Shown piece after piece: positions 36,801 through 48,659 of a stretch of 64,000 nt of DNA (position 1 is the first letter of the stretch; each line of letters opens with the position of its first letter). The notes under the pieces are model-generated. The model was not told where the DNA came from. It saw only the letters and a list, made by a program, of their open reading frames with translations, and searched no databases. Source of the stretch: Paraphysomonas bandaiensis (Eukaryota; Protista; Chrysophyceae); contig CBFFRP010000406.1 of assembly GCA_965644295.1 (NCBI GenBank), forward strand, positions 1-64,000, in the 5' to 3' direction. The position numbers were made by a program, and so were the translations under genes.

Positions 36801-38978
36801 AGCAAATTGAGAAAAAGTATAGGTTGGTTGTGATGCTACGATTCGAAGCAACTTGAAAGCGACCGCCCGTTCATAAGGATCAGTCATATCAAGAACGTAA
36901 AAATTCGATGGAGAGCTGATATTGAACACCTGATCCTTATCATACTTGACCTCGATATTACACCTCGAAGCTGTGAGTTCAACACGCGATCCAGCCATAA
37001 GTGGGATCTGGGAGAGAATTTTTGCTCCACTCTCACCAACAGGATTTCCATCAAGCACAACACGCCGTAAAGAAGAATTCTCCTCGATACCAACACATAT
37101 GCAAAAGCACGCTGAAGATGTAATATTATTATTGCTGAGCAAAAGCGTCTGTATAGTGCTATTAGAAATAAGTGACCTTCCCAGGAGCTCTCCTCCTTTT
37201 TGACCAAGAGAGTTAAATGACAGGTCCAGATATGTTAGGTGTTCGTTAACCGCTAGTGCAGTCGCTATTGCTATCGCTCCATCTAAACGAATCATGTTCC
37301 ATGACAACTTAAGTGTTTTAAGCCAACATGTGTTCAATTCCAATAATTCTCCCAAAGCTTCTCCACCTGTTGTAAAAGCGGGTTTGACGGTGTTTAAATT
37401 TTCTGACCTACCGATGATATTGTGTGACATATCAAGTTCTTGAAGACTAGTATTATGTGAGAGAGCAGCAACAAACATGTGCGCCTCACTGTCGTCGATA
37501 TCCGCAGACCGCATTATCAAAGTCTGTAATGGACAGCAGGAGGTGCTCAGATAGGCGGCCAGGGCCTTCGCACCATGTCCATCAATCTTGTTCTGAGACA
37601 GATTAACACTGGTGACAGTTGGTATTGATATAATGGCCTGCACTATTGGATTGAGTGAAGCATCGGTGAGATTGTTGTCCATTAAGTTAATTGAGTGCAC
37701 CATCGGAAGTTCACGCAGTGATTCAGCGAATAGAACCCCGAACTTATCTCCCATTCCCCTGTGCTGAAGATCTAGATTGCTGGACACGTGCCGACGAAGA
37801 ATTAAAGATGCCCTTGGGTTTACATCCTCACGAAGGCATCCGTTAATGAACTTCGTTCTAGGCGACACGGACTGATTTTTCTCCACAATAGATTCGCCTA
37901 TGGTAGAAAGATCGAGAGTGGACGCTAACGACCAATCATCGACGGACATGCCTGTCTGACTTACACTATAACACTCATTCAACAACACGCTACATTCCAT
38001 TTCTTCATAGTCCTCCTTATCGCCGTCGTTTCGCCTGGGAGCAAAAGGGAAATCCAGTGCCTGTCTGATTGAAGTAGTAGCGTTGACAGCTCTTCCTATC
38101 ATTTCATCGTCCCCTTTATTTATTGACTGCCGCTTGCGCGAGACATGATGGCATCGATCAAAGAAATCTTTCTTGGCAACATCTCCAAAGTAACGTTCAG
38201 TGCTTATACTGCACTGTTGCTGCAGAGTACTATAAGTTGCCAGAGAAGGACCAGATGATATTGGCCTCCCAGAGGGCTTCCTTTCAGAACTGTGGTCGTA
38301 ACTTACACAGTCCAGATACCCTCCCTGTCGTAACTTCGACTTTTCGACATTCCTTAAGTCTATCTTGTTTTGGACGACACCTACTTTCATATCAAACATC
38401 TGGCTCCTAACTTGTGCATCTTCTCTCCATGCAACGTCTGTTCTATCTTCAGTGCCCATTGCAGTAGACAAGGATGGAAGATATGAACGAGCAAGGTTTT
38501 CAGGTACAAAACTACTGCCATATGAGGGTGATAGCAAGCCTTGTTGAATTTCCTCTGGGGAATGCACGGTATCAATTGAAGGAAGAGGGGACATAGCAGT
38601 TGTTAGACGTGCGGAATTACGGCGTTTGACGTCAGCTGGACGTCTTGCACTTAGCCCGGGTGATACAGGCGTAGTTGTTGAACCGGTTATGTTGTAATCG
38701 CGACTAACAAACACAAGTCGACCGTCACTCGATGTTGAACGATGCGAAGAGGCTCCCTCACTCGCATCGCGAGACACTCTAGACGACTTCGGTTCACTAG
38801 AGAGCTCTCTGGAAGATGGAGATAACTCGCGCAGTATAATCCCACCCGACACAGATCTGTTCTCTCCATACTCTTTGTCGGGATACACTCGCACAGTGTC
38901 TGCGTCTCGACTACACGTCTCTGTATCCACATTAACAGTTATCGAGCTCTGCTGTGATATGCTGTCCACAGATATCAT
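33806..38978 (-). CDS. Large RI-like leucine-rich-repeat and EF-hand protein (5 exons), with a C-terminus extended into the transposon TIR
   Basis: LRRs (LQELDMSHNIIG, LTYLDLSFNSLG) and an EF-hand pair (DDDNSGSLDSKE; DVDGTGALEWLEF across the intron). Terminal exons are traced in frame via introns 34357-34403, about 34200-34247 and about 34117-34169. Confidence 0.8.
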
Positions 38979-39476
38979 TCAGGAGCGATAAAGGGGCGGT
39001 CCTCCCTCCAGACCGACTATGGGTCACATCAGACCTCCTCCGTAGCGTGTGTTGATGTCTGCGTGATGTAACGCCACTTTAAGTCATCAGCTCTGCGCTC
39101 TGTGTGCGTGTCCATATCTTCACACAGCAGAATACAGAAACTACGGTATATTTTTTTCTGTATTTGTACTTTGACGTGCGACTGTGAAGAACGTAGCAAC
39201 ACTGCTGCACACACATACACAGAGCAGCAGATATGTACTGCTGTACCGCTCTATATGAAGAGAGAATGAGAGTACATCTGTACGCATCATCCATACTACA
39301 GTATACCATATGCATTATACATGGGTATACGTCCATGTATACAGTGACCTATCATATCATATGTATGTTATGTTATGGGCTGTGCCGTACACAGCACAGC
39401 ACAGCACAGCACAGCACCTTACACACATAGCAGCAGAGCATCCGTAGATCGAGTTGATTGATATAACTCACTTCCA

Positions 39477-40557
39477 ATGGAGTCAACTGCTTTTACCTCT
39501 CCCAGTGAATTGAGGAGAGCGTGTCGAGACGGCAGGTTCTCTAATCAGACATCAGGTCAGGCTCCAGGATACTCTCAGGCCAATCTCGTCATACTCCCCA
39601 AGAAATACGTAAGACATGAGCAGTCACAGGGACTTGGCATCACATTAGTGTCTCTAGGCCTTTGATTTTTTGTTGTTTTGTCAGAGGAACCCCAAGTCAT
39701 GCCCTCTCCTGTACGTGTTACGTATATTGCTGTATTCTGACTCACTGACCCAACAGAGAAGTGCTTGAGCCTGGGGTGCATGTTACAGCGCAGGTTGCTA
39801 AAGATGCAGATATTCGAACGGACCTTCCAAAGTGAGTTTTAGTTCATGGGACTCTCTGTTTGATGTGCTCGTAGGTATCGGGTATACAGAGATGGCGTGT
39901 TGACAGAAGAAGTTACAGATATAAGCAGTCTATGGCGTGAAGACTTGTGTACATTTATCATCGGATGTTCTTTTTCCTTTGAGGATGCAATGCTTAAAAG
40001 TGGGCTTCCGGTGAGACATGTTCAGGAGGGCCGCAATGTGCCAATGTACAACACCAATATACCGTGTGCATCTGCGGGTATATTTCGGTGAGTAGATATT
40101 TAGTTTTGCTATGCTCACATTGACATAGTGGGAATATGGTGGTATCTATGCGTCCATTTCTTCCAGCCCAGGCTATCCAGGCTGTGCAGGTCACGGCCCG
40201 GTACCCAAGAGTTCACGGTAGTCCGATCCACATTGGCGATCCGGTATATGTCGAGTTGATGTGTGTGGTTTGTTTCTGATTATTTCGCCTGTATATTTTC
40301 ACAGACAGGGATCGGTATAAAAGATATTTCATTGCCTGATTATGGCGATTCTGTCTCGGTTGGAGAAAATGAAGTTCCTGTGTTTTGGGCCTGTGGGGTG
40401 ACTCCGCAAGCCGTAGTCATGGACAGCAGGTGCGAATCCTCAATATAGTGGTTGTCATGTGAGTTACTTTACATTTAGGCCTGAATTTTGTATTACTCAT
40501 TCCCCCGGATACATGTTAGTGCTGGATATGAGAAACGAAGAGCTGTCGTTTAATTAA
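39477..40557 (+). CDS. DUF1445 / D-glutamate cyclase-like (putative hydro-lyase) protein (multi-exon)
   Basis: [88 protein letters not shown] and [10 protein letters not shown]. Confidence 0.9.
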
Positions 40558-40647
40558 CATATTATTGGAATGATAAATGAAATATTTCTGCTCTGCGGAA
40601 GGGCTGGTAGCTGGTATAGAGTATAGACTAGGTGTAGTACAGGAAAC

Positions 40648-40937
40648 CAGGGCTGCGTATTAATTAATTGTCAATTATCGCTAATAAAGTAAATGAATTA
40701 CAATGTGAGATACTCCTATGGATAATATACAGTCTTTCACCAATCTTCGATTTTTTCGTAAAAATTGGATTTTTTCAACAAACAACTTTTTAGCATACAT
40801 AAAAAGGTGGTTTTTAAATATCAATTAATTGAAGCAAGCTGGAGTCAATTACAATTGCAATTATGAATCGATGTCATCCCAATTTCAACAATTGCAATTT
40901 CAATAATTGAAAATCAATCAATTGATACGCAGCCCTG
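40648..40937. mobile_element. hAT-type MITE (290 bp)
   Basis: TIR CAGGGCTGCGTAT... / ...ATACGCAGCCCTG, with a perfect 8-bp TSD CAGGAAAC (40640-47 and 40938-45). Confidence 0.9.
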
Positions 40938-41140
40938 CAGGAAACACGGACCCTCGGGTGATAGTAATGTATTAATTGCTAGGTATTGGTGAACACGTAG
41001 GAATGCTGCAGAATGTAGAACGACATCAACTAGGTAACAATAAGTTTTTGTGCAGCATTAGCACTTAGCACTTACAATCACATATCATTATTACACTACT
41101 ACGATCTATGATAGCAAACAACAACAATCGTAACATCCCA

Positions 41141-43288
41141 TCAAGCTATAGTCATATACCACTGGGATGAAATATCAAATACAGGATGGCACATACTAGA
41201 ACTCTTGACAAGATCAGATTCAGTCTCAGCTAGATTCGTAAGCTTCTTTTCTTCATGAGATTTCGCCGAGTTGTCAAGATATTGTCGTAGTCGCTTGCGT
41301 TTACGCCTTTTCGTGGTACCATCAGAACTCCTTCCATGATCACAATCATGCACTGGAGTATCTCTAGTTACTGCGAGTGTATCACTCCCGTTATCAGTTC
41401 TTAGCGATATATTCGAATGTCCATTTTCACTGCACAAGAGGTATCTGAATGCAAGCTCATCTAGATGGGTCCTCCTTCCCTTCGATGCGCACTCGGACCC
41501 ACAGAATGTGAGTGCATAAGTGACCCGGCATCGATACAGATGCACGCCGTTCCCACCGAATGTTCCGCATACCGAACACCTCCAGGCCATATTATGTTCA
41601 AATATAGAAATTACACTCGATGAGGGCAAATTAGACGGGCTGGGTGTTGGCTTTGCTGGTGCTTTCCACACACTAAGACTATAGCACGTGTCGCACCAGT
41701 TCGGCAAGGGGACTACTTCAACGCAAGAGTACGACCCCTCGAGAAGTTTCTGAAAACTCTTTGTTCCAGTGTCGCCTTTATACTCCCCAACATAACACAC
41801 AGTTTTCCCGCCCGCAGCTGCATACTGTCTCAGGGCTTGGAGCGCCATATCTGAATCGGGTGGTGGATAGCAAAGAAAAAGGGAGAAGGGGCTCGCAAAC
41901 GCAGCTTTCGCCCCAGCGATAGCTTCTGCTGGACCACCTCGTGATAAACTCGTCCATGCCCGCGCTCGTCCATGATAGGAATTTGTTTTCGTGCTACGCG
42001 CAGTGGATGGTGGATCTTTATCATAAGCCAGCACCGAATTGGCCGCCGAAAAGGAAGACCCAGAGTCTTCAGCTTCGGCTTGACTCCGAATCAATGAGGC
42101 CCAGTACCCGGTGCCTGCACCTATCTCAAGCACAGGTCGCAGCGACAGAAGTTTGCTAATTGCTTCCGGTGATGGAGTGGCATAAGCATATAAGTGACAT
42201 GCCCATGTGCGACAGGAGTCATTCCACATTCGTGTGTGTGGAGGAATTAGCGGATCGCCTTTCACTTTAAGGGTGGCGTGAGTTGGTGCACCATGTCCGG
42301 GTAGAGAGGGAAGACGACATGCATTGCGCAGATCATTCTCTGACCGACTCATTCCTCCAGTCGACGCAGACATTTTGCTCAGTAGACATATGCTCTCCCG
42401 CCAACGACAAAAATGTAACTTTAGCAATGGGTTGCTTTCGAAGTGTCTTCCACCCTCAGAACTATTCATGCCCCATACTCGCTGCAAATATTGATGAACA
42501 AATTCGCTGGAGAAATTTTTAATCATAAATGACTGAAGCTGGGTATTCATTGCGTCTTCATCAGATATTTGTACAGAGAAGTGTTCATGCGGTGCAGGTA
42601 TTGGACAGGCAAGAGTGGAGTTTTTCGTTCGCCAATTCAAATCAGCACAGTAATACAGTTTATAATAAAAGTCATCTAATGCACAAATAAACCTGACACG
42701 AAAAGTAAGCTTACGCGCGATACGAATTAAGTCCACGTACCGTAAACGCTCCGCGGGAACAGCGGGATCAATATCATCTAGTATCAGTCCCGCTTCGACT
42801 GCAGCATCCATCGCTTCCACGCGTTGAATTCCACCAATTATTTTTATGGCCTTCTTAAGTTCGTACAGACACTCTGCAACAGTTCCATCACGCAAAAGTG
42901 AGCTTTCAATCGATATGACAACTCGAGCGTTTCTGAGTGCACAATAAGCCGTTACCAAACTATGAAACAGCGACTCCTGACGCTGACGGGATACAGGAGG
43001 AGCAGCAGCATGTACCGCCAGTGCTCCTCTGCAACTGGAGCATGCTCTGGAGACAGAGTCTGCATGTCTCCTGTATGTCTTGCATGATGGTGATGCAAGA
43101 AAGGACCGGCCCACAGACAGAGACAGCGACGCAGGCTCCCTCTTGGACTCCTTGCGCTTTAGATTGGACATGCTGCGTACTAACGACATAACCAAATCAC
43201 TGCATGCGGTCAACGGACGGTGTGTGCTGAGGGTGTGCTGCTTAACACGCTCACTCGACTCGAGCTCACATCCTCCAGATGACTGCAT
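41141..43288 (-). CDS. Class I SAM-dependent methyltransferase-like protein with a MYND-like zinc finger (intronless)
   Basis: YAYATP, VLEIGAGTGYWA (GxGxG), LFLCYPPP and YVGE..GDTG. C-terminal CSVC...YRCRV...FCGSEC...H. Confidence 0.7.
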   Translation of the reverse strand: MQSSGGCELESSERVKQHTLSTHRPLTACSDLVMSLVRSMSNLKRKESKREPASLSLSVGRSFLASPSCKTYRRHADSVSRACSSCRGALAVHAAAPPVSRQRQESLFHSLVTAYCALRNARVVISIESSLLRDGTVAECLYELKKAIKIIGGIQRVEAMDAAVEAGLILDDIDPAVPAERLRYVDLIRIARKLTFRVRFICALDDFYYKLYYCADLNWRTKNSTLACPIPAPHEHFSVQISDEDAMNTQLQSFMIKNFSSEFVHQYLQRVWGMNSSEGGRHFESNPLLKLHFCRWRESICLLSKMSASTGGMSRSENDLRNACRLPSLPGHGAPTHATLKVKGDPLIPPHTRMWNDSCRTWACHLYAYATPSPEAISKLLSLRPVLEIGAGTGYWASLIRSQAEAEDSGSSFSAANSVLAYDKDPPSTARSTKTNSYHGRARAWTSLSRGGPAEAIAGAKAAFASPFSLFLCYPPPDSDMALQALRQYAAAGGKTVCYVGEYKGDTGTKSFQKLLEGSYSCVEVVPLPNWCDTCYSLSVWKAPAKPTPSPSNLPSSSVISIFEHNMAWRCSVCGTFGGNGVHLYRCRVTYALTFCGSECASKGRRTHLDELAFRYLLCSENGHSNISLRTDNGSDTLAVTRDTPVHDCDHGRSSDGTTKRRKRKRLRQYLDNSAKSHEEKKLTNLAETESDLVKSSSMCHPVFDISSQWYMTIA

Positions 43289-45574
43289 ATACACAGACAC
43301 CCACCGCTACCTATCAGAGCTGTATACTGCTGTATACTGCTGTATATTATAGTATATGTCTATAATATTGAGACAATAATTATCTGTATTCCAGCCGTAG
43401 TTGTATTGCAGTAATATGGAGAATATTTGCTTCAATTTATTCCCGAAAAATAAGATGCATACGTGTACAATATCTAGATATGTCGACCTCAGCCTCGTGA
43501 AGGGAGGAGGCAGATAGATAGCCAGATATTGTACAGGTGGGTCAAGCGCATAACGCACCCTGTCCACACACGAACTCATGCATCTTCATTGTATTAGACG
43601 GCATATCCGACAGACCAGCCAATTCGAATTCGGTGGAGTCTTTGGTCCCTATTCGCTGCTTAGTTGACCTACTAAAGACTGTGGCTCCTCCAATTTGTAC
43701 GACGACACCGGTGTGTCCTTTACCGTATTCGTGGGTGGCAAACGACGCGTCGATGAAGCTTTTTACCCGCATTTGTGTTTCAATCTTCAGCTGTAGGTCC
43801 CTTGTTTGCGCGAGATACTTGTTTGCGAGTTTCTGCTGATCTCCTAGTGTTGGGCCCTTAACTTTCGTGGTGAGGTAAGCTATGCTGAGTAAAATATCTG
43901 GTCTAACTCTTATCGCCAGGTGCAGCAACTTAGCCACCACGGAGTGAAAATTGGCAGTCTCTTTTCTGCCCAATTTTTGCTCTGTGCCCTGTGAGAATAA
44001 TGATGATGCCCCTGGAGACGCTGCTCTGCCTGTGACCGCTGCCTCCTCCAGCACCCCGTTCAGGTAGGCCCTCATAGACACTACTGCCTTGTCGTCTATC
44101 ATATACTCGCATGTATACCTAAATACGACATGTCTTGTCATCACAATATTTTTCCTCACCATATTGCTTTTTCAACTGCTCCACCACCCACACTGTATCA
44201 CCCTTGTCCTGTGACATTACTAATAAGTCGTCCACATGTAGGGTCACCGTGCACTGGTTGGCATTAGCCGTCCTGTTGAAAACGCATTGGTCCACCGAGT
44301 CGGCCATGAATCTTATGCTCTCCAGGTAAGCTCTGATTGTATTGTACCAAAGCTTCGCACTTTGAACATATCCATATAGGGCTCTGTCCAGGCGCACCAG
44401 AAGTCTCCCCCTCTCGTCTATATATGGTTGGATGGTGGAGTCCAGTTTCTTCAGTATCGCTCCAGCTCCATGACCACCTCCTCGCCGGTCACCTTTGCAT
44501 TGAGGTAGGCACCACCTATGTCCACTGTTGATACATGTCTCCCCTCTTTAGCCGCTACAGCTAGACATGTGAACACTGTATGTCTACAGTGGGTGATGAC
44601 GTGTTCGCGTGTAGTTTCCTGTCCTGCTGAACTCCATTCGCTACTAATCTGGCCTTTATTTTCTCGAATCTGCCTAGGCCGTCTATTTCGTTTTCAGGCA
44701 AACATCCTGGCTTCTCGTGCTCTCGCGACTTCTACCTTCGAGTACTGTGCTTTACGCTCAGCTACAGTTGTAACGTTTGCGTTAGCGGTCGCCCAGTCGC
44801 GCATGTCGGCCACGTATATCTTGTTCCTCTCCGGTAGAATATGTTAAGTCACTGTCAGGTTGGTGCACAGTGAATGACTCTCCTTGACTGTACGTTACAT
44901 CATAGGACACTTGCCCTTACTTAGCTCATCAGTTGTCTTACAGGTGAAAAATTGATCCAGCTCGCCTACATTCGGCAGTTCCAGTGCGTGTCCTCATAGC
45001 CCTGCTACGGTGCATCCTCTATTCTCTGGTCTCACATTGTTCAGCAGTCTTGGGTGCACTAGTACGGAGACATTCGCCTGGTTGTCAAGCAACACTTCAT
45101 ACCACTGGAATGGCTCACTCCCTGATGCGAAAGCATTCAGCATTGTTTTCGTGCTTTGTTTGCTCTATGTTTCCTGGTTGTTGCCGGGACATTCGTTCAG
45201 CCTGTGGCCTGGTTCACCAAAGCCCCAACAACATATGAGCTGCTTATTTCGCTGTGTCTGTTTGCTGCTGTTCGGTCTTGTGTCATACCTCTGTTGTTGC
45301 TCTGGTACGTTATCCCGATCTGCTGATTTCCTTGCCTTACCGGTGCTAGATTTGCTCAGGAAAGCTGATCCACCTCCAGATTTTGCTGTGCTCTCGTGAC
45401 TCAGGAACTTTAATTCTTTTACGTATATGTCGTTGACGTGTGCTGGAGCAGATTGGGTCCCCATCATGAGATCATTCAAGCAATTTGTCTTGAATTCTCC
45501 ATACCTCGTGAGATCAGGCCCGGTTTTTCCTTTGGCTTGGTTTCTGCCCATCGCGTATGATTTGTCCCATACGT

Positions 45575-45950
45575 AGGTGTATAGTGAAATGGTATATGGG
45601 TGTATAGTGAGATAGTGTAGTGATGTATAGTTAGGTGGTATAGTGGTATACAGTAGATGGTATAGTGGTATAATATAGTGGGATGGTATAGTGATGCATA
45701 GTAATATGGTATGGGTGTATAGTGAGATGGTATATGGGTGTATAGTGAGATGGTATATGGGTGTATAGTGAGATAGTGTAGTGATGTATAGTTAGGTGGT
45801 ATAGTGGCATATGGTGAGATGGTATAGTGGTATAATATAGTGGGATGGTATAGTGATGCATAGTAATATGGTATGGGTGTATAGTGAGATGGTATGTGGG
45901 TGTATTCTGAGATGGTGTAGTGGTGTTTAGTGAGATGGTTATAGTTCATA
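45575..45950. repeat. Complex G/T-rich minisatellite (TATAGTG-based units, higher-order period about 161 bp)
   Basis: Repeated GTATAGTGAGATGGTATATGGG-like units. The block GATAGTGTAGTGATGTATAGTTAGGTGG recurs at 45611 and 45772. Confidence 0.85.
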
Positions 45951-45989
45951 CTTGTGAACTGTATGTAATATATATGTGTAGTCGGTGAC

Positions 45990-46172
45990 TTTTATTGCTG
46001 TAAAACTGAAGTAATATGGAAGAAATTAGTAAAAAATATTATAAATAATACTCTTCACACTGTTATTAACTTCATAGTTACTTATTGTGCATAGTTACAC
46101 CCTTTTCCGACCATCACCAAAAATTTCACCAGGTTTTACATCAAAACCCAGGTTTTGGTATTACCTCGACTT
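45990..46172. repeat. Partial AGTCGAG-family MITE
   Basis: Reverse-complement homology to about 28900-29050, ending GGTATTACCTCGACTT. Confidence 0.7.
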
Positions 46173-47267
46173 TAGGCCCTTGAAGAAATCCATTGCAATG
46201 TCTGACATTTCCATTTCTTCGCTCGCCACATCTTTGTATGCGTCAAAAGTAGATAGTCGAATCTTTCTTTATAACTAACTATGCTTTCATATGGTCCTTG
46301 TTTGGCCTCTTGATATTTCCTTCTTGTCTCGGTTTTTCTCACCGCATCAACGCTAGAATTAGTGACTACCTTATGCCTTATGGGTCGTTTTCATAGCCCG
46401 CCATGGCAACCAAGGGTCCTTATCCTTGTCTATTTGCTCGTATTCATCTAGTAGTTTGATTGCATCCAACGACTCGTTGCTTAAATGTCTGAGCATAATA
46501 TGCTCAGCATATACCCGTAGAATGGCGTTCTGTTGTTTGCCATTGCTTTTATCATTCTCTCTCTGGCCTTGACCTCTCCCTTCAGTAGCTCGAGCGTCTG
46601 CTCTTTTGTCGTAACCATCCCATTCAACTGAATCTGGCTCGTAGTACTTATCCAGTTCCAACAGTCTTGCAAGATTTCCATACTTCGCCATATATCTGCC
46701 ACCACTAGCTTCTGTTTGAACATTGCCAGGTTGCTGTTTGCACCATATCCTAATTTCGGTACAGTATCTGATGTATCTTTGCCTGCCTGCGATGGATATC
46801 TTGCAAATCTCTTTGATTTCTCGTTCGCAGTCTTCTTCATAATTTCCTCTTTCGGAGAGAAAAATACGGTACTCGGTCTACTCGTTAACGGATGCTACAG
46901 ATCGTACACGGACAGAATATACCTCCGTCACCTTTTCGTAGAGTCTACACTACAGGTAGTCAAAAGGTAGGTTCTCTTTGCAGTTGCTACAGAACTCGTT
47001 AGTAAGAGGAAATTATGCTTCTATTCTACAGCAGTACACAAAACACTGCATAACATAACACCATACATAACAAGGTGTCCTATGCGTATCCTATACAGCC
47101 ACTTCAAATACTAAACTGAAAAGGACATCCTCTATCTACTGTCTCATTTCTCTTCGAGGTATATATGTGTGTATACCTGTATGTATACAGGTATATGTAC
47201 AGCGGCTGTGTATGCTGTATGGTACTATGCGCAGTAATTTGGCTGGAGGCGCGCAGCTAGATGTTAC

Positions 47268-48236
47268 CAGGGATAGGGAACAATATATTGCAATACTATT
47301 GTTAGGTAGCGTTCCATCAATAGTATTGATGGATTTTTTAAACCGGCCCTACAATACTATTGCAATATATTGCAATATATTGTACAATATATTGCAATAT
47401 ATTAGTATGACTAATCAGTAAGTAAACACATCCGTAGTTTTCATTTTTAGTACTTGCCATATTTTATAAGGTCTAAGGTCACTTGATAATCAAACCAACT
47501 ACTCTTAACTAATTAAAAGTTTCCTCATACTCATCCTCTGAGACATCATCTGAGAAATTTAATGGAAGATTTTCCTCGACAATCCACTCCACCCACTCAT
47601 AAATTGTTTTCGCCTTGTCTGAAGGCTGCAGAACAAAAGCATCCATGGGACCATTGGTGCAGACAGCCCGTAAATACCTCTTCAATGTCTCCTCCCACAC
47701 ATCATGAGAGAAAGTGTGATCCTTTAGATTGTTGTATCCATTCCGAATATTCTGTTGTCGTTTACGTCCGCAGATTTTACACTCGTGTTTGTTCGGGACA
47801 CCTTCGACCGGACTCCAAAAACAGCGGTAAATGTCCCTACTCTTGTATGCACTCATCATTCAGTTGTCTCTTCTTGTCACTATAGGATATATATACTATA
47901 TTAAGAGAAGTACTGTACATACATGTGGAGAGGTGTAGAGTGCTGTTTGAGCTGGCGATACATAAAAAATAGAAAATAACATCAAAAATAGGCTTTTTTT
48001 CTTATTTTCCGGATATTTGTATACAGAGGCGTATATTTTGCACCATACAGTTGAGGATCTTCTCTTATATGACTATCATAATATTGATTGCAATATATTG
48101 CAATAGTATTGTGAGCTCTATTAACAGAAACACTATTGATGGAATATTTGACCAGTCCACCAATCAATATATTTTACAATATATTGCAATATATTGTACA
48201 ATATATTGCAATACAATATATTGTTCCCTATCCCTG
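47268..48236 (-). mobile_element. Non-autonomous hAT element (969 bp), an internal-deletion derivative
   Basis: Perfect 23-bp TIR CAGGGATAGGGAACAATATATTG, 8-bp TSD GATGTTAC (47260-67 and 48237-44) and subterminal CAATATATTG arrays. Confidence 0.93.
47509..47859 (-). pseudogene. Truncated hAT transposase N-terminus (BED-type zinc finger)
   Basis: CKICG...GYNNLKDHTFSH then WVEWIVEENLPLNF. The catalytic domain is missing. Confidence 0.75.
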
Positions 48237-48659
48237 GATGTTACTGTGTCTATAATATACTAAGACCGAATACCGTGGAATACATTACGTTATGCAAGTG
48301 TTAATTACTATATGGGATTTACGAGATGCGTTAGGTCGACTTGAAATGGTGATAGAGTGATTCAGAATCCCAACTGGAGAAGCCCTTATATCTTAGCATA
48401 CAGAGAGGATCTTATGTATGATATAGGAACCACACTGCTGCTTGCTTGGCAAACACGAGTAGCTAGATACCACAGAAACAAATGGATTGTTGATTAACAG
48501 ATTCTTGAATCAAGCGATCGATATATAGCACATGCGTAAAGACTACACTTTTCAAGGGATACGACCGCGTCCCGCAATAATGGCTAAATCGTCATGATAG
48601 AAATCACACTTGCAGCACATAACTGTGCTGACATAGAAACACGACCTCCGAATAAGATA

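Larger units (their letters stand above)
43540..46860 (-). mobile_element. Decayed copia-type retrotransposon with nested insertions
   Basis: Broken ORFs: gag-like (46840-46200; 45520-45165 with the degenerate knuckle CWGFGEPGHRLNEC), RT (LDRALYGYVQSAKLWY, LHVDDLL) and RNase H (FIDASFATH...GHTG...STEFEL). Frameshifts and stops. LTRs not identified. Confidence 0.85.

Noticed and set aside
45476-45949. His/Tyr/Thr-rich ORFs
   Set aside because: Translation of the minisatellite.
47340-47400. CRISPR-like or telomeric repeat arrays
   Set aside because: These are subterminal CAATATATTG repeats of the hAT element. No repeat-spacer structure or telomere motif is seen anywhere in the window.
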